IMG/VR virus record: IMGVR_UViG_3300033171_000001
Coordinates: 1-64,000 of that record
Direction: 5' to 3' (one strand)
Length of the DNA: 64,000 nucleotides
DNA from: a virus
Taxonomy: Duplodnaviria > Caudoviricetes
Every line of letters begins with the position of its first letter. The stretch's first letter is position 1. Of this stretch, positions 1 through 9,170 are shown in pieces. Below the pieces are notes generated by a model that ran no database searches, was not told where the DNA came from, and was given only the letters and a program-made list of their open reading frames with translations. Position numbers and translations under genes: made by a program.

Positions 1-168
1 TACCAATAATAAGATCAACAAATCGTTCATTAAGCGGAATATCCGCCAAGATCAGCATCATTTCAACTCGCTGCCGTAACCACATAGCGTCCACTTGCTT
101 CTCTTTAAAGTGATGCGTGGTGGGCAGGAAGAGTTGAGTTGTTATTAGGAATGTCAAGAATGTGTTCA

Positions 169-414
169 TCATTCCTCGATTATTCTAATATATTTTGAAA
201 ACAGCGCATGAAAACAATGTTGGCAAATGTCCAATTCCCATAACACACCGTCCCCAACAACAGAACCATAACCGCCTCTATCAGAAATATGAATCATTTC
301 TTGAAGTTCCATTTCCTCTTCAATTGACTCATACGAAAAATATTTTCCACAAACATCACAACTAACTCCCGTAGCAATGTGAACTTCTTGTGTCTCTATT
401 TTGTATGATCTCAT
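169..414 (-). CDS. small Cys-motif hypothetical protein
   Basis: 81 aa ORF with CDVC and CQHC motifs, co-oriented with neighbours. Confidence 0.6.
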   Translation of the reverse strand: MRSYKIETQEVHIATGVSCDVCGKYFSYESIEEEMELQEMIHISDRGGYGSVVGDGVLWELDICQHCFHALFSKYIRIIEE

Positions 415-417
415 ATT

Positions 418-708
418 TTATTCCTTATACTTGTTAATAATACATCTAGCATTATATAACCAATCCGGCGCAATTTCCTGAAGAACCTCATCTGGAAATC
501 CATTATAATCCGATACTATATTCTCAATAAGAGATATTAGGTTTTTTATTTTATTTCTATCATTATACAAAACCATATTAACAAAATCACAAATACTTTC
601 AGCCCCGTCATATCCAGGTGCAACAAACATCTCATCCGGTAATTCCCGAGCTTCCCAATATTCTTTCCAAAGTTCGTCGATATTCATGATAATTCTCCCT
701 TCGTTCAC
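418..708 (-). CDS. hypothetical protein
   Basis: 96 aa ORF tightly packed in the operon. Confidence 0.55.
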   Translation of the reverse strand: MNEGRIIMNIDELWKEYWEARELPDEMFVAPGYDGAESICDFVNMVLYNDRNKIKNLISLIENIVSDYNGFPDEVLQEIAPDWLYNARCIINKYKE

Positions 709-751
709 CTTGACCTACCGTATACCTCATAACAGGGAAGGTGTCAAGAGT

Positions 752-2350
752 TTATTTCCTTCCGTCATCCTTTTTCTTTCCTGTCTCCAAATCAGAGAAT
801 CGAGAAATATAAGAGTCCAGACAAAACTGCCCATGATCAAGTAATTGCGTGACATAAACAAACTCTTTACTGTTATAGCCGCCAAACCGATCTGCTAGTT
901 TTCGCATACGAATTACGTTATAGGGGGATAGCTCAGGCGTAGTGTCAATAGCCACCATCGAAGTAACTGTGTTATAGATGCTTTGTGCCTCGGAGATATG
1001 GGACGCATTTAATTCATCAGATCGCATACCTTCTCTGTTACTGTGCAAAGGCGACACAAAGCAAATGTTATTTTCATCAGCCAATCGTTTAGCCCGGTTC
1101 CATTCATTAGCGATAGCCAAGCGATATTCCTTACCCAACAGAGCGTGTGCATTGATATAGTCATCGCAAATCAAGGATACATCAATTCCTTGAACATCTC
1201 TTAGATACGTAAAAGATTTTTCAATGTCATCCATTTTCGCTGTAAACTGCGGGAAGGCTACTACATGAATCCTGTTTACCCCTTCCCACTTTAAGGCATT
1301 ATCCAATCTTCTCTTTGCATAACTCTTTGTAAGGAACGGCTTTTCGACTTCCTTTATAAAGAAAGCTGGAATATATGTTTCCCCGCCATCCAGTCTACAT
1401 GCGTCACAAGGAATGTAGTTGGGGTTGATATGCTGCTCTCCCTTCCGTCCTGTCACATAAGAAGCAGAGTTTACCCGTTTCCCTAACCGGCAACTCGTCC
1501 CTCTATTTGAGAGACAATCAAACACAGAATACTTCCCGATTGACTTGTTAGGGTCATAGGGTCGCTTAGTAATCTGCATCAGAATACGTTCCCATACCTC
1601 TCTAACACTCATTTCGTGAGAAGTAATGAGAACATTGTGCCCATTCTTAGCTGCTGCCAGGGCCAATTCAATTAGAAAGAATGTCTTGCCGCCCTTACCA
1701 GTGGAAAACAAAGCATGAAGACCTCTACGCCTCAACGGTCCCATGATTTCACCAATAGGACCATCTAAAGTGCAAAGTTCCGTGGAGGCTCTGTCAAACA
1801 CCGCCTCGACAACCTCATCCACATTCTGAAGTGTTTTGATTTGATTTACTTCAAGAGAAGAAGAATTGTAGGAAAACAAGGCTTCTTCAGCTTCCGTCAC
1901 CCTTGCCATTTTCAGATTGTTTATGATTTGTTCGGAAACCTTCTCAAGTTTCTTCTTCTTGATGAATTGCAAAGACTGATCAATCCAATATTCCGCATTA
2001 TATGACACATCAGAATCGTCATAGACTGCGGAAATATGGAGCAAAAGTTCTTCAATCAAATCCCTTTCATCTTCTGGAAGGTTGACTGATTCCTTGTTAA
2101 AAGTGTCTTTGATCAAATCTCCAATAGGTTCACCATAAATTTTGAAATGGTCAACCGCCCACTTTGCAACTCTTTGAGAAAAAGAAGCGGTCAAACATTT
2201 TGTATCAATGATTGGGGCTATAGAAAGACAAAATCTTTTTGAAGTGATAAGTCCAATGAGAAGTTGCTTTTCTGTTGATGTATCCACCTTTACAATTTTA
2301 TTTTCCTTCTTGTCCTCAACCTCTTCTGCTGAATTTCTCTTTCGCTTCAT
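752..2350 (-). CDS. DnaB-like (SF4) replicative DNA helicase
   Basis: Walker A-like STGKGGKT, ITSHEMS motif, Walker B-like LICDDY, SPLHSNRE, IRMRKLADRFG; helical N-terminal domain. Confidence 0.75.
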   Translation of the reverse strand: MKRKRNSAEEVEDKKENKIVKVDTSTEKQLLIGLITSKRFCLSIAPIIDTKCLTASFSQRVAKWAVDHFKIYGEPIGDLIKDTFNKESVNLPEDERDLIEELLLHISAVYDDSDVSYNAEYWIDQSLQFIKKKKLEKVSEQIINNLKMARVTEAEEALFSYNSSSLEVNQIKTLQNVDEVVEAVFDRASTELCTLDGPIGEIMGPLRRRGLHALFSTGKGGKTFFLIELALAAAKNGHNVLITSHEMSVREVWERILMQITKRPYDPNKSIGKYSVFDCLSNRGTSCRLGKRVNSASYVTGRKGEQHINPNYIPCDACRLDGGETYIPAFFIKEVEKPFLTKSYAKRRLDNALKWEGVNRIHVVAFPQFTAKMDDIEKSFTYLRDVQGIDVSLICDDYINAHALLGKEYRLAIANEWNRAKRLADENNICFVSPLHSNREGMRSDELNASHISEAQSIYNTVTSMVAIDTTPELSPYNVIRMRKLADRFGGYNSKEFVYVTQLLDHGQFCLDSYISRFSDLETGKKKDDGRK

Positions 2351-2353
2351 AGT

Positions 2354-2722
2354 TTATTTCTTCTTACTTTTCTGAATCTCTTTAATCATGCTTCTATTTT
2401 CTTGAAATTCTTTTTCCCAAGATTCAATAGGCATTTTTTGTATTTCATAAACAAGAGCATCTTTGACTTCACAAAATACTCTATATAGTTTTCCCAATTC
2501 ACGCTCTTCTTCAAGCATCCGTTCAGCGACGCTTTCCCTAAATATCTTTTGAACAGCCATTTCAAATTTTGGATAATAACCCACTACAGCGGTTACTTCT
2601 ACATCTTTCTTTTTATTATGCTCTTTATTTACATATAACGTCCAGTTATGCTTTCCATCATAAACAACAAAATAACTTTTATATCTAAATATAATATTTT
2701 TATATACACAACTATCTTCCAT
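2354..2722 (-). CDS. hypothetical protein
   Basis: 122 aa ORF in operon. Confidence 0.6.
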   Translation of the reverse strand: MEDSCVYKNIIFRYKSYFVVYDGKHNWTLYVNKEHNKKKDVEVTAVVGYYPKFEMAVQKIFRESVAERMLEEERELGKLYRVFCEVKDALVYEIQKMPIESWEKEFQENRSMIKEIQKSKKK

Positions 2723-2789
2723 CTCCGCCCTCGATTGTTAAATAAAATATCGCGCTAAAAACGATTCTAAATGTCTTCCCTGCCCCTCA

Positions 2790-2847
2790 TACCTATTTTG
2801 ATTTAAAATGCCGCCAGAGCGCTCATACGGAGAAATTCGGGCATATC
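2790..2847 (-). repeat. dispersed ~58-bp intergenic repeat, copy 1
   Basis: Reverse complement GATATGCCCGAATTTCTCC...GGCATTTTAAA..AAATAGGTA matches 21619-21676. Confidence 0.75.
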
Positions 2848-2850
2848 TGC

Positions 2851-3390
2851 CTATGCTTTCTCCTGCATATATTTCTTCCTAGCCTCAATTAGTTTATTTT
2901 TATGCTCTTCAGTCAGAGTTTTTTCAGACCAATAATCTTTTCCCATTCTGAACGGATGAATCGGGCAACCCTCCTTTCCGTCATAAAAGGCAGGGCAATG
3001 CTGGATATGCTTATCTAGTTGATTTGTGTTCTGACAAAACTTACACATCCACGCAATGGACTTCTTTTGCGTCATTTTAAGAGCTTTTTTGGGCTGATAC
3101 TTTTGTATATTGGGCAGTCTCCACATATTAAAAGGACACCCTTCAGGATTTTGATTATTATATTCCTGCCCCCATCGCATCTCACACGGCACGGAGTCCT
3201 TATCGGAAAAAACTTCCTGTGTGCAAAAAGAACAAAACTTTCTAATAGACTCCGATCTGGAATATGATTTTAATTTTTGTTTGTACCAGTCTTTCTCGTC
3301 CGAAAATTTAATGTTTGGGTTTTCAGACACCTCTCTGAACACCTTGAGATAAAGCCCTCTATTAAATTTATCAAAAATTTCAACCGGCAC
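2851..3390 (-). CDS. Cys-rich hypothetical protein with internal duplication
   Basis: Two similar units (FCSFC...CPFNMWRL; MCKFC...CPIHPFRMG). Confidence 0.65.
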   Translation of the reverse strand: MPVEIFDKFNRGLYLKVFREVSENPNIKFSDEKDWYKQKLKSYSRSESIRKFCSFCTQEVFSDKDSVPCEMRWGQEYNNQNPEGCPFNMWRLPNIQKYQPKKALKMTQKKSIAWMCKFCQNTNQLDKHIQHCPAFYDGKEGCPIHPFRMGKDYWSEKTLTEEHKNKLIEARKKYMQEKA

Positions 3391-3562
3391 GGTCGCCTTC
3401 CTCTTCTACATCTTCTATTTGAAACGGGCAAGGACTTTTAGAACACCTTAAAACTCGTACTGGTTTATATTCTTTAAACCAAGGGAATAGATGCCTAATG
3501 TCCTGAATCTCAATTGTACCATATTCACATTCTTCACATGGTTTGGTTATTAGTTTTGCCAT
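3380..3562 (-). CDS. small Zn-ribbon-like hypothetical protein
   Basis: CEEC ... CSKSPC. Confidence 0.45.
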   Translation of the reverse strand: MAKLITKPCEECEYGTIEIQDIRHLFPWFKEYKPVRVLRCSKSPCPFQIEDVEEEGDRAG

Positions 3563-3743
3563 CCATCTCTCCTTCCTTTTCTAATACATCTTTAACCATT
3601 TCGTTAAATAAAACTTCAATATAACAATCACTAGCGTCTATAAGTCTGCGCTTATTATCACAATCAATATAAACATATCCTGTGTTGGAATCATTCCGCG
3701 GCCACATCCAGGCACCACATATTTGACAAAATTTATCGCTCAT
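3534..3743 (-). CDS. small hypothetical protein
   Basis: 69 aa, CQIC motif, overlaps upstream stop. Confidence 0.5.
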   Translation of the reverse strand: MSDKFCQICGAWMWPRNDSNTGYVYIDCDNKRRLIDASDCYIEVLFNEMVKDVLEKEGEMDGKTNNQTM

Positions 3744-4360
3744 GTTTATTCATCCTATCACACCATCTCTTAATCCAATCCGAACCATCCTTGACAACCA
3801 GTTCTACACCATTTATTTGAAATTCATCCCAACAAGGGCGAAACATTTCATAACCACCCGTCAAATCAATTCCATACATATAAATTCTTTCATATCCCAT
3901 CATTTCCAATACGCGAATAGCGAACAAGGAGCTTCCCCCCTTTATGGGCGTCTGTTTTTACTTGCGTGATGACTGGGTTTCTAACCAACCTGTCTGATAT
4001 ATAGGAAATACCTTCGATTGTCAAGTTATTTTTATTTCTCTTGTTTCGCCAAAGAGCAAACAACCAAGGGTGAAGACAGAACCAGTGAGCAATGGGATTA
4101 TTCAGGGCTATGCCAGCACGATTAACAACAGCAACGGGAAGATTACTTGGATTGGAAAAAGAATCCGCACTCGGCCCGCAAGCAACAAGAACAATCTCAC
4201 CTGTTTTATTCTTAGGGAGAATTTTCTTGGCAACCGGACCATTAGGGTGTCTAAAAAATTCATAGAGTGGTGTTATATTTTTATTTGCATGTAGTTTATC
4301 CCCAAAATAATATAACTTCCCTTTGTAGGTAGTAGGCTTAACACATTTATACGGAATCAT
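3733..4360 (-). pseudogene. frameshifted glycosyltransferase/DUF115 (MptE/Maf)-like gene, split at a G6 tract
   Basis: N-half IVLVACGPSA..VAVVNRA..HWFCLHP and C-half FAIRVLEMMGYERIYMYGIDL join into one 208 aa frame (HKGGSSLFA) if one G of 3935-3940 is removed. Confidence 0.6.
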
Positions 4361-4592
4361 TGTTATGGCGTTCCTCAAGTAAATGAGCAAATTGAATTAC
4401 AGCTTTCTCAAAACACTCTTGACAAACATCCTCACTTCCTGGGCCGGGACCAAAACCTGATCCCAATATCTTAACACCTGCCGCCTCGGTTGGACGAAAG
4501 AACCACGTAACGTAGTGTGGCATTGCAAACTTATTCACTTCTTTTCCACACATATCACATATTTTTACAGTTTTAGAGATTATTTTTTGCAT
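4347..4592 (-). CDS. Cys-motif hypothetical protein
   Basis: CDMC ... VCQEC. Confidence 0.55.
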   Translation of the reverse strand: MQKIISKTVKICDMCGKEVNKFAMPHYVTWFFRPTEAAGVKILGSGFGPGPGSEDVCQECFEKAVIQFAHLLEERHNNDSV

Positions 4593-4618
4593 TTATTTCT
4601 CCATATAGGATTTATAAA

Positions 4619-4972
4619 TTACTGTTTTTTCGCACTCCCCTTGATGACTATCTCCCTGCCATCGGCCAGCGAGATCGCCCCGTCCATCTGTCCGTGGTCC
4701 GCGACCTTGCGCCACCAGAAGCCGCGCCATGTATGCCATTCCCCATAGCGTGTTTCGTGTATGGCGTTAATTATATTTTCACGCCGCCCCCACAACTGGC
4801 CGGGCTTGAGCCAGTCGGGCTGATCAAAAACGCGCTTGTTTATTCGCGGGCCTTGGTCTTCGTCTGTGCAGTAACACCCATCTGCCTCATGTTCAGGTTT
4901 GTATGGGTAAAGCCATGTCTCTTCGTCATACGATGTCGCCAGCCACCTGAAGTCGTCCACCTCGCAACCCAT
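4619..4972 (-). CDS. hypothetical protein (GC-rich)
   Basis: 117 aa ORF co-oriented with the operon. Confidence 0.5.
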   Translation of the reverse strand: MGCEVDDFRWLATSYDEETWLYPYKPEHEADGCYCTDEDQGPRINKRVFDQPDWLKPGQLWGRRENIINAIHETRYGEWHTWRGFWWRKVADHGQMDGAISLADGREIVIKGSAKKQ

Positions 4973-4978
4973 CGTCAG

Positions 4979-5224
4979 CTACTGGAAATCGTCCGCCTCG
5001 ACCACATGGGCCGGGTCAACGTAGGGGCGGCAGTCCTTTACAGCCCACTGAAATTGCTGGTGGACATTGGGAACCTTAACATCCACATACATCATTCCGA
5101 GATAATCCCTTGCCACTTTGCCAACACACCCGCTCGGAATGTGCTTCACCAAGTCGCCTTTCTTATACTCATAATGCTTTTCCATTCTATTTCCCTCACA
5201 TCTCCTTAAAGTTCCCATCAACAT
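4979..5224 (-). CDS. hypothetical protein, SH3/KOW-like (probable start MEKHYE)
   Basis: YKKGDLVKHIPSGCVGKV pattern. Confidence 0.5.
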   Translation of the reverse strand: MLMGTLRRCEGNRMEKHYEYKKGDLVKHIPSGCVGKVARDYLGMMYVDVKVPNVHQQFQWAVKDCRPYVDPAHVVEADDFQ

Positions 5225-5648
5225 CAGTATAAAAAACCTTTCTAATTCCCAAATCTCGCATCATATTCAAACAAGCCTCACAGGGTTTAGCCAGCAAAAA
5301 TTCCCCTTCCCTGTTGACTCGGCCTACATATACCACAGTTCCCGCACATTTGTCAAGCGTTTTCAACAACGCCATTCGCTCGGCACATACTGTATCTTCT
5401 CTTTTCACCCAAGACTTTTTCAGAAATTTCACATGCCTACGCTGATTATGTGCCATGGAAATTATTTTTCCATTTTTCAAAACAACCGCTCCCAACTTAT
5501 GGCGCATGTCACAACGAGCGGCTTCCTTGCGAATCATTTTTGCTATCGACGGAAGGGTCATGTATTTTCTCCGGTTTAATGTTCCAAATATAACAGTTAC
5601 ACTGATTCCGAAAATACTGTTTTTCTTCGTGTGATAAATTACTTTCAT
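5196..5648 (-). CDS. Zn-dependent cytidine/dCMP deaminase family protein (probable start ATG 5561)
   Basis: HKLGAVVLKNGKIISMAHN, CAE, AKPCEAC, GIRKVFYT. Confidence 0.8.
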   Translation of the reverse strand: MKVIYHTKKNSIFGISVTVIFGTLNRRKYMTLPSIAKMIRKEAARCDMRHKLGAVVLKNGKIISMAHNQRRHVKFLKKSWVKREDTVCAERMALLKTLDKCAGTVVYVGRVNREGEFLLAKPCEACLNMMRDLGIRKVFYTDVDGNFKEM

Positions 5649-5784
5649 TAACCAACGTTAATGCCATAAAGCAGTAATTTCTAGCTATATAGATTTGAGC
5701 CAATGTCTTGCAACTTCTCATTACTTTTTCACATTTTATTAATAGTTGGTATGGTTTTACTTGTGTTTTCATATCTACCTCCAC
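5509..5784 (-). CDS. hypothetical protein
   Basis: 91 aa ORF with RBS. Confidence 0.5.
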   Translation of the reverse strand: MEVDMKTQVKPYQLLIKCEKVMRSCKTLAQIYIARNYCFMALTLVNESNLSHEEKQYFRNQCNCYIWNIKPEKIHDPSVDSKNDSQGSRSL

Positions 5785-5967
5785 CAGTATCTAAAGTTTT
5801 TCATAAGATTACCAAATAATATACCTTTAAGTTGAACAAATTTAATTTTATGTTTATTTCCAGACAATTTCCAATTCATACAAGATGGACATTGTAAATT
5901 TCTCTGCGCCATTCTTCCTCCAGCCTGAAAATCACTTTACACCAACTCCACCTGTTTGTCAAGCCCT

Positions 5968-8004
5968 TTAATCAAGCATGGCCCAAATTCTTTCAGAAAA
6001 CAGGTGTCCTCTTGTCATATCGCTCTCCATCTCATTCACCCTATCTCTAAGAGCAATGAATCTATCCTTCAGTCTGGCATAGAAATTGGGATTGGTTTCA
6101 TATTCCCAAGCCTCAACCTTTTCCTTCTCGTCAAACATCTTTCTAAACATTTGCCAATCACTCCACCCAAAAGGCAACTTTCCCCAATTACAACCTTCAA
6201 ACAAATCATCTCTCTCTCGCATGATTCCCATGAAATAGAACGTCACACCACAATCTTTCTGCTCTTCCGTCAACGCATCCTCATTGAAATTCCAGGTTTC
6301 CTCCTGCTTTTCATAATGCGGCACAAGCCAGTCAGGAAGAAAAACATAATCAACACCAAACTTCTCTTTATATTTGGCTTCCGGCGTTTTTTCAATCGGG
6401 TGAAGCAGTGCCGGTTCTTCCAGATATTCCACAAACAGACTCTTGGAATTAAGAGTGGGATCAAAAAGAAACTTGGCAAGGCTTCTTCTGGATTTCAACC
6501 ACTTCTTGTTCAGAGGTTCGTAATTCTCATTGAAAGCCAATTTGAAATTCTTTATTGACTTGATGATTTCCCTGACTGAATACTTTCTGGCATATTGGTC
6601 CAAATCCATCTTGTCAACAAAGAATGTGCCGTCAAGAACTTGTTTGATGTATTTCCTGGACTCCTTAAAAACAACCGTGTCAGGCTTGTGGGCAGGAAAC
6701 CCCTCATCAACCCAAAAGTCATATATACGCATGAAAGCCGGGTCGGACTGCCTAATTGAATCAAGCTCTCTTTTGGTATTGATCTTCTTTGGTCCCTTGG
6801 TTCCGGTGAACAGGGAAGCAAGGGACTTTTTATTTTCATCAGCCTTTCCAAAATAGGCTTCTTGTGCCTCCTTAAGACAAGGCTCCTTATCTACTTGCAA
6901 GGGAGTGTTTAACCCTTGCTCTACGCTATCAAGAAAAGCATCCGCTTCGGCCCCCATCAATTTCGGCGTTGCGCGAAAAACCGGGGCGGCGGACGCGGCC
7001 ATTTTATTTTCTACCTCTTCAAGAGTTTCTGCCGGAGGGTTGTCATTTTCTCGGTGTAGGCAAGGAGAATTATGATTATCATCTTTCTTGGTGCAAGGAG
7101 AATTATGATTATCATCATCTTTCTTGTTACAAGAATTGCTAGGGTTATCATCATCTTTCTTGTTACAAGGATTGATGATTCCCTCTTTGTCTTTTGAGAC
7201 TTCAGAAACAAAATCAGATGCGGCCAAAAGAGAGCGAGCGTCAGCGAGATCGGGTTTTGGTGCAGTTCTGTTAAGAACTGCTTTTTCTATCCCCTTTTTA
7301 TCTTCTTCTTTTTCTCTTCCTTTTTCTCTATTGTATATCATGCACGAGGTGAACCTCGGACCCACACCAGATGAACCTCGGACATGCACGAGATGAACCT
7401 CGGACATGCACGAGGTGAACCATGAAGTTAGGGCGGGGTTTGCACATACATAAGATGAAACTTGATTTAGCACCTCTTCAGCGGTCTTTTCATCCTTATT
7501 AAACATTTTACGAACAGCTACTACGGATGGACACCTTGCATCCATTTTTTTCCTTGTCGGTTCTATTCCGTTTTTTATGCAGTCATACCATGCAAGGGTA
7601 TCTTCTGTTCTTAAAATAGTAAATAGGTCTATATTTGCTTTATAGTAAATCTTATTCCCCGTGTTAGATCGTTCTCGATTTGCCAATAGGATTCCGTTGT
7701 CAATTAATTTATTAACTATCTTTGATATAGCCCCTGTTGATATTCTGAGATTATTCTGGATGTCTGAGAACGTAACGTAGACATAACCATCCTTGCCATA
7801 TCCTTTATCGGTATTATACTTACACCGAGATAAGATGAATGCTAATATAGACACCGCATAGGGGTTCTCTAAAACTCTATATAGGAACTGAGGAACCGGT
7901 AAAAAGTAATCCCCTTTTTGATCAGCTAATAGAAAAGCATCCCTAACTTCTTTGCTGTACCTATTCAGTAATTCTTCTCTATAGGCAGTAATGTCATCTT
8001 TCAT
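5968..8004 (-). CDS. replication initiator-like protein with N-terminal winged HTH, containing the probable origin
   Basis: wHTH-like YVTFSDIQNNLRISTGAISKIVNKLIDNGIL; low-complexity linker holding DNA repeats, as in lambda O-type initiators. Confidence 0.65.
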   Translation of the reverse strand: MKDDITAYREELLNRYSKEVRDAFLLADQKGDYFLPVPQFLYRVLENPYAVSILAFILSRCKYNTDKGYGKDGYVYVTFSDIQNNLRISTGAISKIVNKLIDNGILLANRERSNTGNKIYYKANIDLFTILRTEDTLAWYDCIKNGIEPTRKKMDARCPSVVAVRKMFNKDEKTAEEVLNQVSSYVCANPALTSWFTSCMSEVHLVHVRGSSGVGPRFTSCMIYNREKGREKEEDKKGIEKAVLNRTAPKPDLADARSLLAASDFVSEVSKDKEGIINPCNKKDDDNPSNSCNKKDDDNHNSPCTKKDDNHNSPCLHRENDNPPAETLEEVENKMAASAAPVFRATPKLMGAEADAFLDSVEQGLNTPLQVDKEPCLKEAQEAYFGKADENKKSLASLFTGTKGPKKINTKRELDSIRQSDPAFMRIYDFWVDEGFPAHKPDTVVFKESRKYIKQVLDGTFFVDKMDLDQYARKYSVREIIKSIKNFKLAFNENYEPLNKKWLKSRRSLAKFLFDPTLNSKSLFVEYLEEPALLHPIEKTPEAKYKEKFGVDYVFLPDWLVPHYEKQEETWNFNEDALTEEQKDCGVTFYFMGIMRERDDLFEGCNWGKLPFGWSDWQMFRKMFDEKEKVEAWEYETNPNFYARLKDRFIALRDRVNEMESDMTRGHLFSERIWAMLD
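7061..7180. repeat. 33-36 bp in-frame tandem repeat (KKDDDN.SC)
   Basis: CAAG-start units at 7061, 7094, 7130, 7166 sharing TTATCATCATCTTTCTTG. Confidence 0.85.
7339..7426. repeat. four 22-bp direct repeats, probable iterons
   Basis: CATGCACGAG(G/A)TGAACCTCGGA at 7339, 7361 (degenerate), 7383, 7405 (3' end divergent); adjacent pyrimidine/AT-rich tract 7280-7338. Confidence 0.8.
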
Positions 8005-8016
8005 AATATTCTCTCC

Positions 8017-8427
8017 TTATTCTACAGATTTCCCTGCTCTAATCTTTTCAATAGTTGGACACTTTTTTAAATATTCCTTATGATCCGAAATGAAAAGATG
8101 GCTCGCAGCATCATCCTCTAATTTTGCTTTCACTATTATATCATAGTTTATTTTGAAATATACTTTCTTAACTCCATTCTCTGTAACAGTTTCTCTACTT
8201 ATTAGACCGATTGTTTCAAGTGAATCTAAATTCCTGCGTACTGTTTTTTCATTTACTCCTGTTGCACATACTATATCTGAATATTTAACATGAAATCTAG
8301 AATCTACGTTGGCGTTTATTGAGGATTCAACATGCTTTTTTAACAAGCATAACATGATAAATATCTTATTCCCGTTGCCTATTGTACGCGCAAAGTCGTG
8401 GTAGCATCTGTATACACCTGAGTTCAT
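8017..8427 (-). CDS. winged-HTH protein, paralog of the initiator N-terminus
   Basis: HVKYSDIVCATGVNEKTVRRNLDSLETIGLI...VYFKINYD aligns with 5968-8004. Confidence 0.7.
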   Translation of the reverse strand: MNSGVYRCYHDFARTIGNGNKIFIMLCLLKKHVESSINANVDSRFHVKYSDIVCATGVNEKTVRRNLDSLETIGLISRETVTENGVKKVYFKINYDIIVKAKLEDDAASHLFISDHKEYLKKCPTIEKIRAGKSVE

Positions 8428-8444
8428 AATATTACCTCTGTTCC

Positions 8445-8993
8445 TTATTTTGTTTCAACCGTTCTGTCCGCACTTTTCCCTCTAATCTCCACCGATAATT
8501 CAGCGAACCTGTCAAAATTCTTCTTAGTTGGTTGTAGGTTTTTTTCTCTCAATAGGTTCTCCACATAAATATCTTCATCCTGTAATTTATTCAACAGTTC
8601 CATATTAGGTTTATAATAACAAAGGGAGGTATCCCCGTTGTTTCTTATCTCCTTTTCGAGAACTCCGCTGTTTACCAACATAGAAATGCACCGTGCAGCG
8701 GTGCTTCTTGATGTTCGGGTGTTGGCATAAATATCACCATAGGTGACATACGCCCACCCTTGCTTATCGTGCCCTTTGCAATTTATCATAGCACACTTTG
8801 ATAAAATATAAGCCAGTACGATGGTTACGTTGTTGTTTTCAAACGTCCTTGCCATATAGGGTAAGACTTTTATAAAATATTCATGTGCGTAGTGTATTGC
8901 CGAGGTGTCTTTTGGTTTTGTTGTTTCATCTTTCATACTATTACTCCCTGTTTTGAGCAGCTCGTATCTCATGGATAGAGGTCGTTGTTCCAT
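8445..8993 (-). CDS. winged-HTH protein, paralog of the initiator N-terminus
   Basis: VLAYILSKC..KGHDKQGWAYVTYGDI..YYKPNMEL vs ILAFILSRC..KGYGKDGYVYVTFSDI..YYKANIDL. Confidence 0.75.
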   Translation of the reverse strand: MEQRPLSMRYELLKTGSNSMKDETTKPKDTSAIHYAHEYFIKVLPYMARTFENNNVTIVLAYILSKCAMINCKGHDKQGWAYVTYGDIYANTRTSRSTAARCISMLVNSGVLEKEIRNNGDTSLCYYKPNMELLNKLQDEDIYVENLLREKNLQPTKKNFDRFAELSVEIRGKSADRTVETK

Positions 8994-9156
8994 TCTTTAG
9001 CCCCTGGTTAGTTGTCCGTTTTTTGTTCCATCTGCGAGATTTGCAGCGTGGACAGAGAGTTACTAGGTGTTTCTCTGTCTTCGGCCACCAACCATATCCA
9101 CACCTTTTGCATTTACAGTATTCAATCACTCGTATAGATGTACTCATATTATACAC
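8941..9156 (-). CDS. Zn-ribbon protein
   Basis: CKRCGYGW...CPRCKSRRWN. Confidence 0.65.
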   Translation of the reverse strand: MYNMSTSIRVIEYCKCKRCGYGWWPKTEKHLVTLCPRCKSRRWNKKRTTNQGLKNGTTTSIHEIRAAQNRE

Positions 9157-9170
9157 TCCTAAGTAAACTT

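Noticed and set aside
5956-6558. Long antisense ORFs (also 4694-5209, 32994-33584, 35046-35633, 35765-36358)
   Set aside because: Shadow frames opposite well-supported genes, with no motifs or RBS
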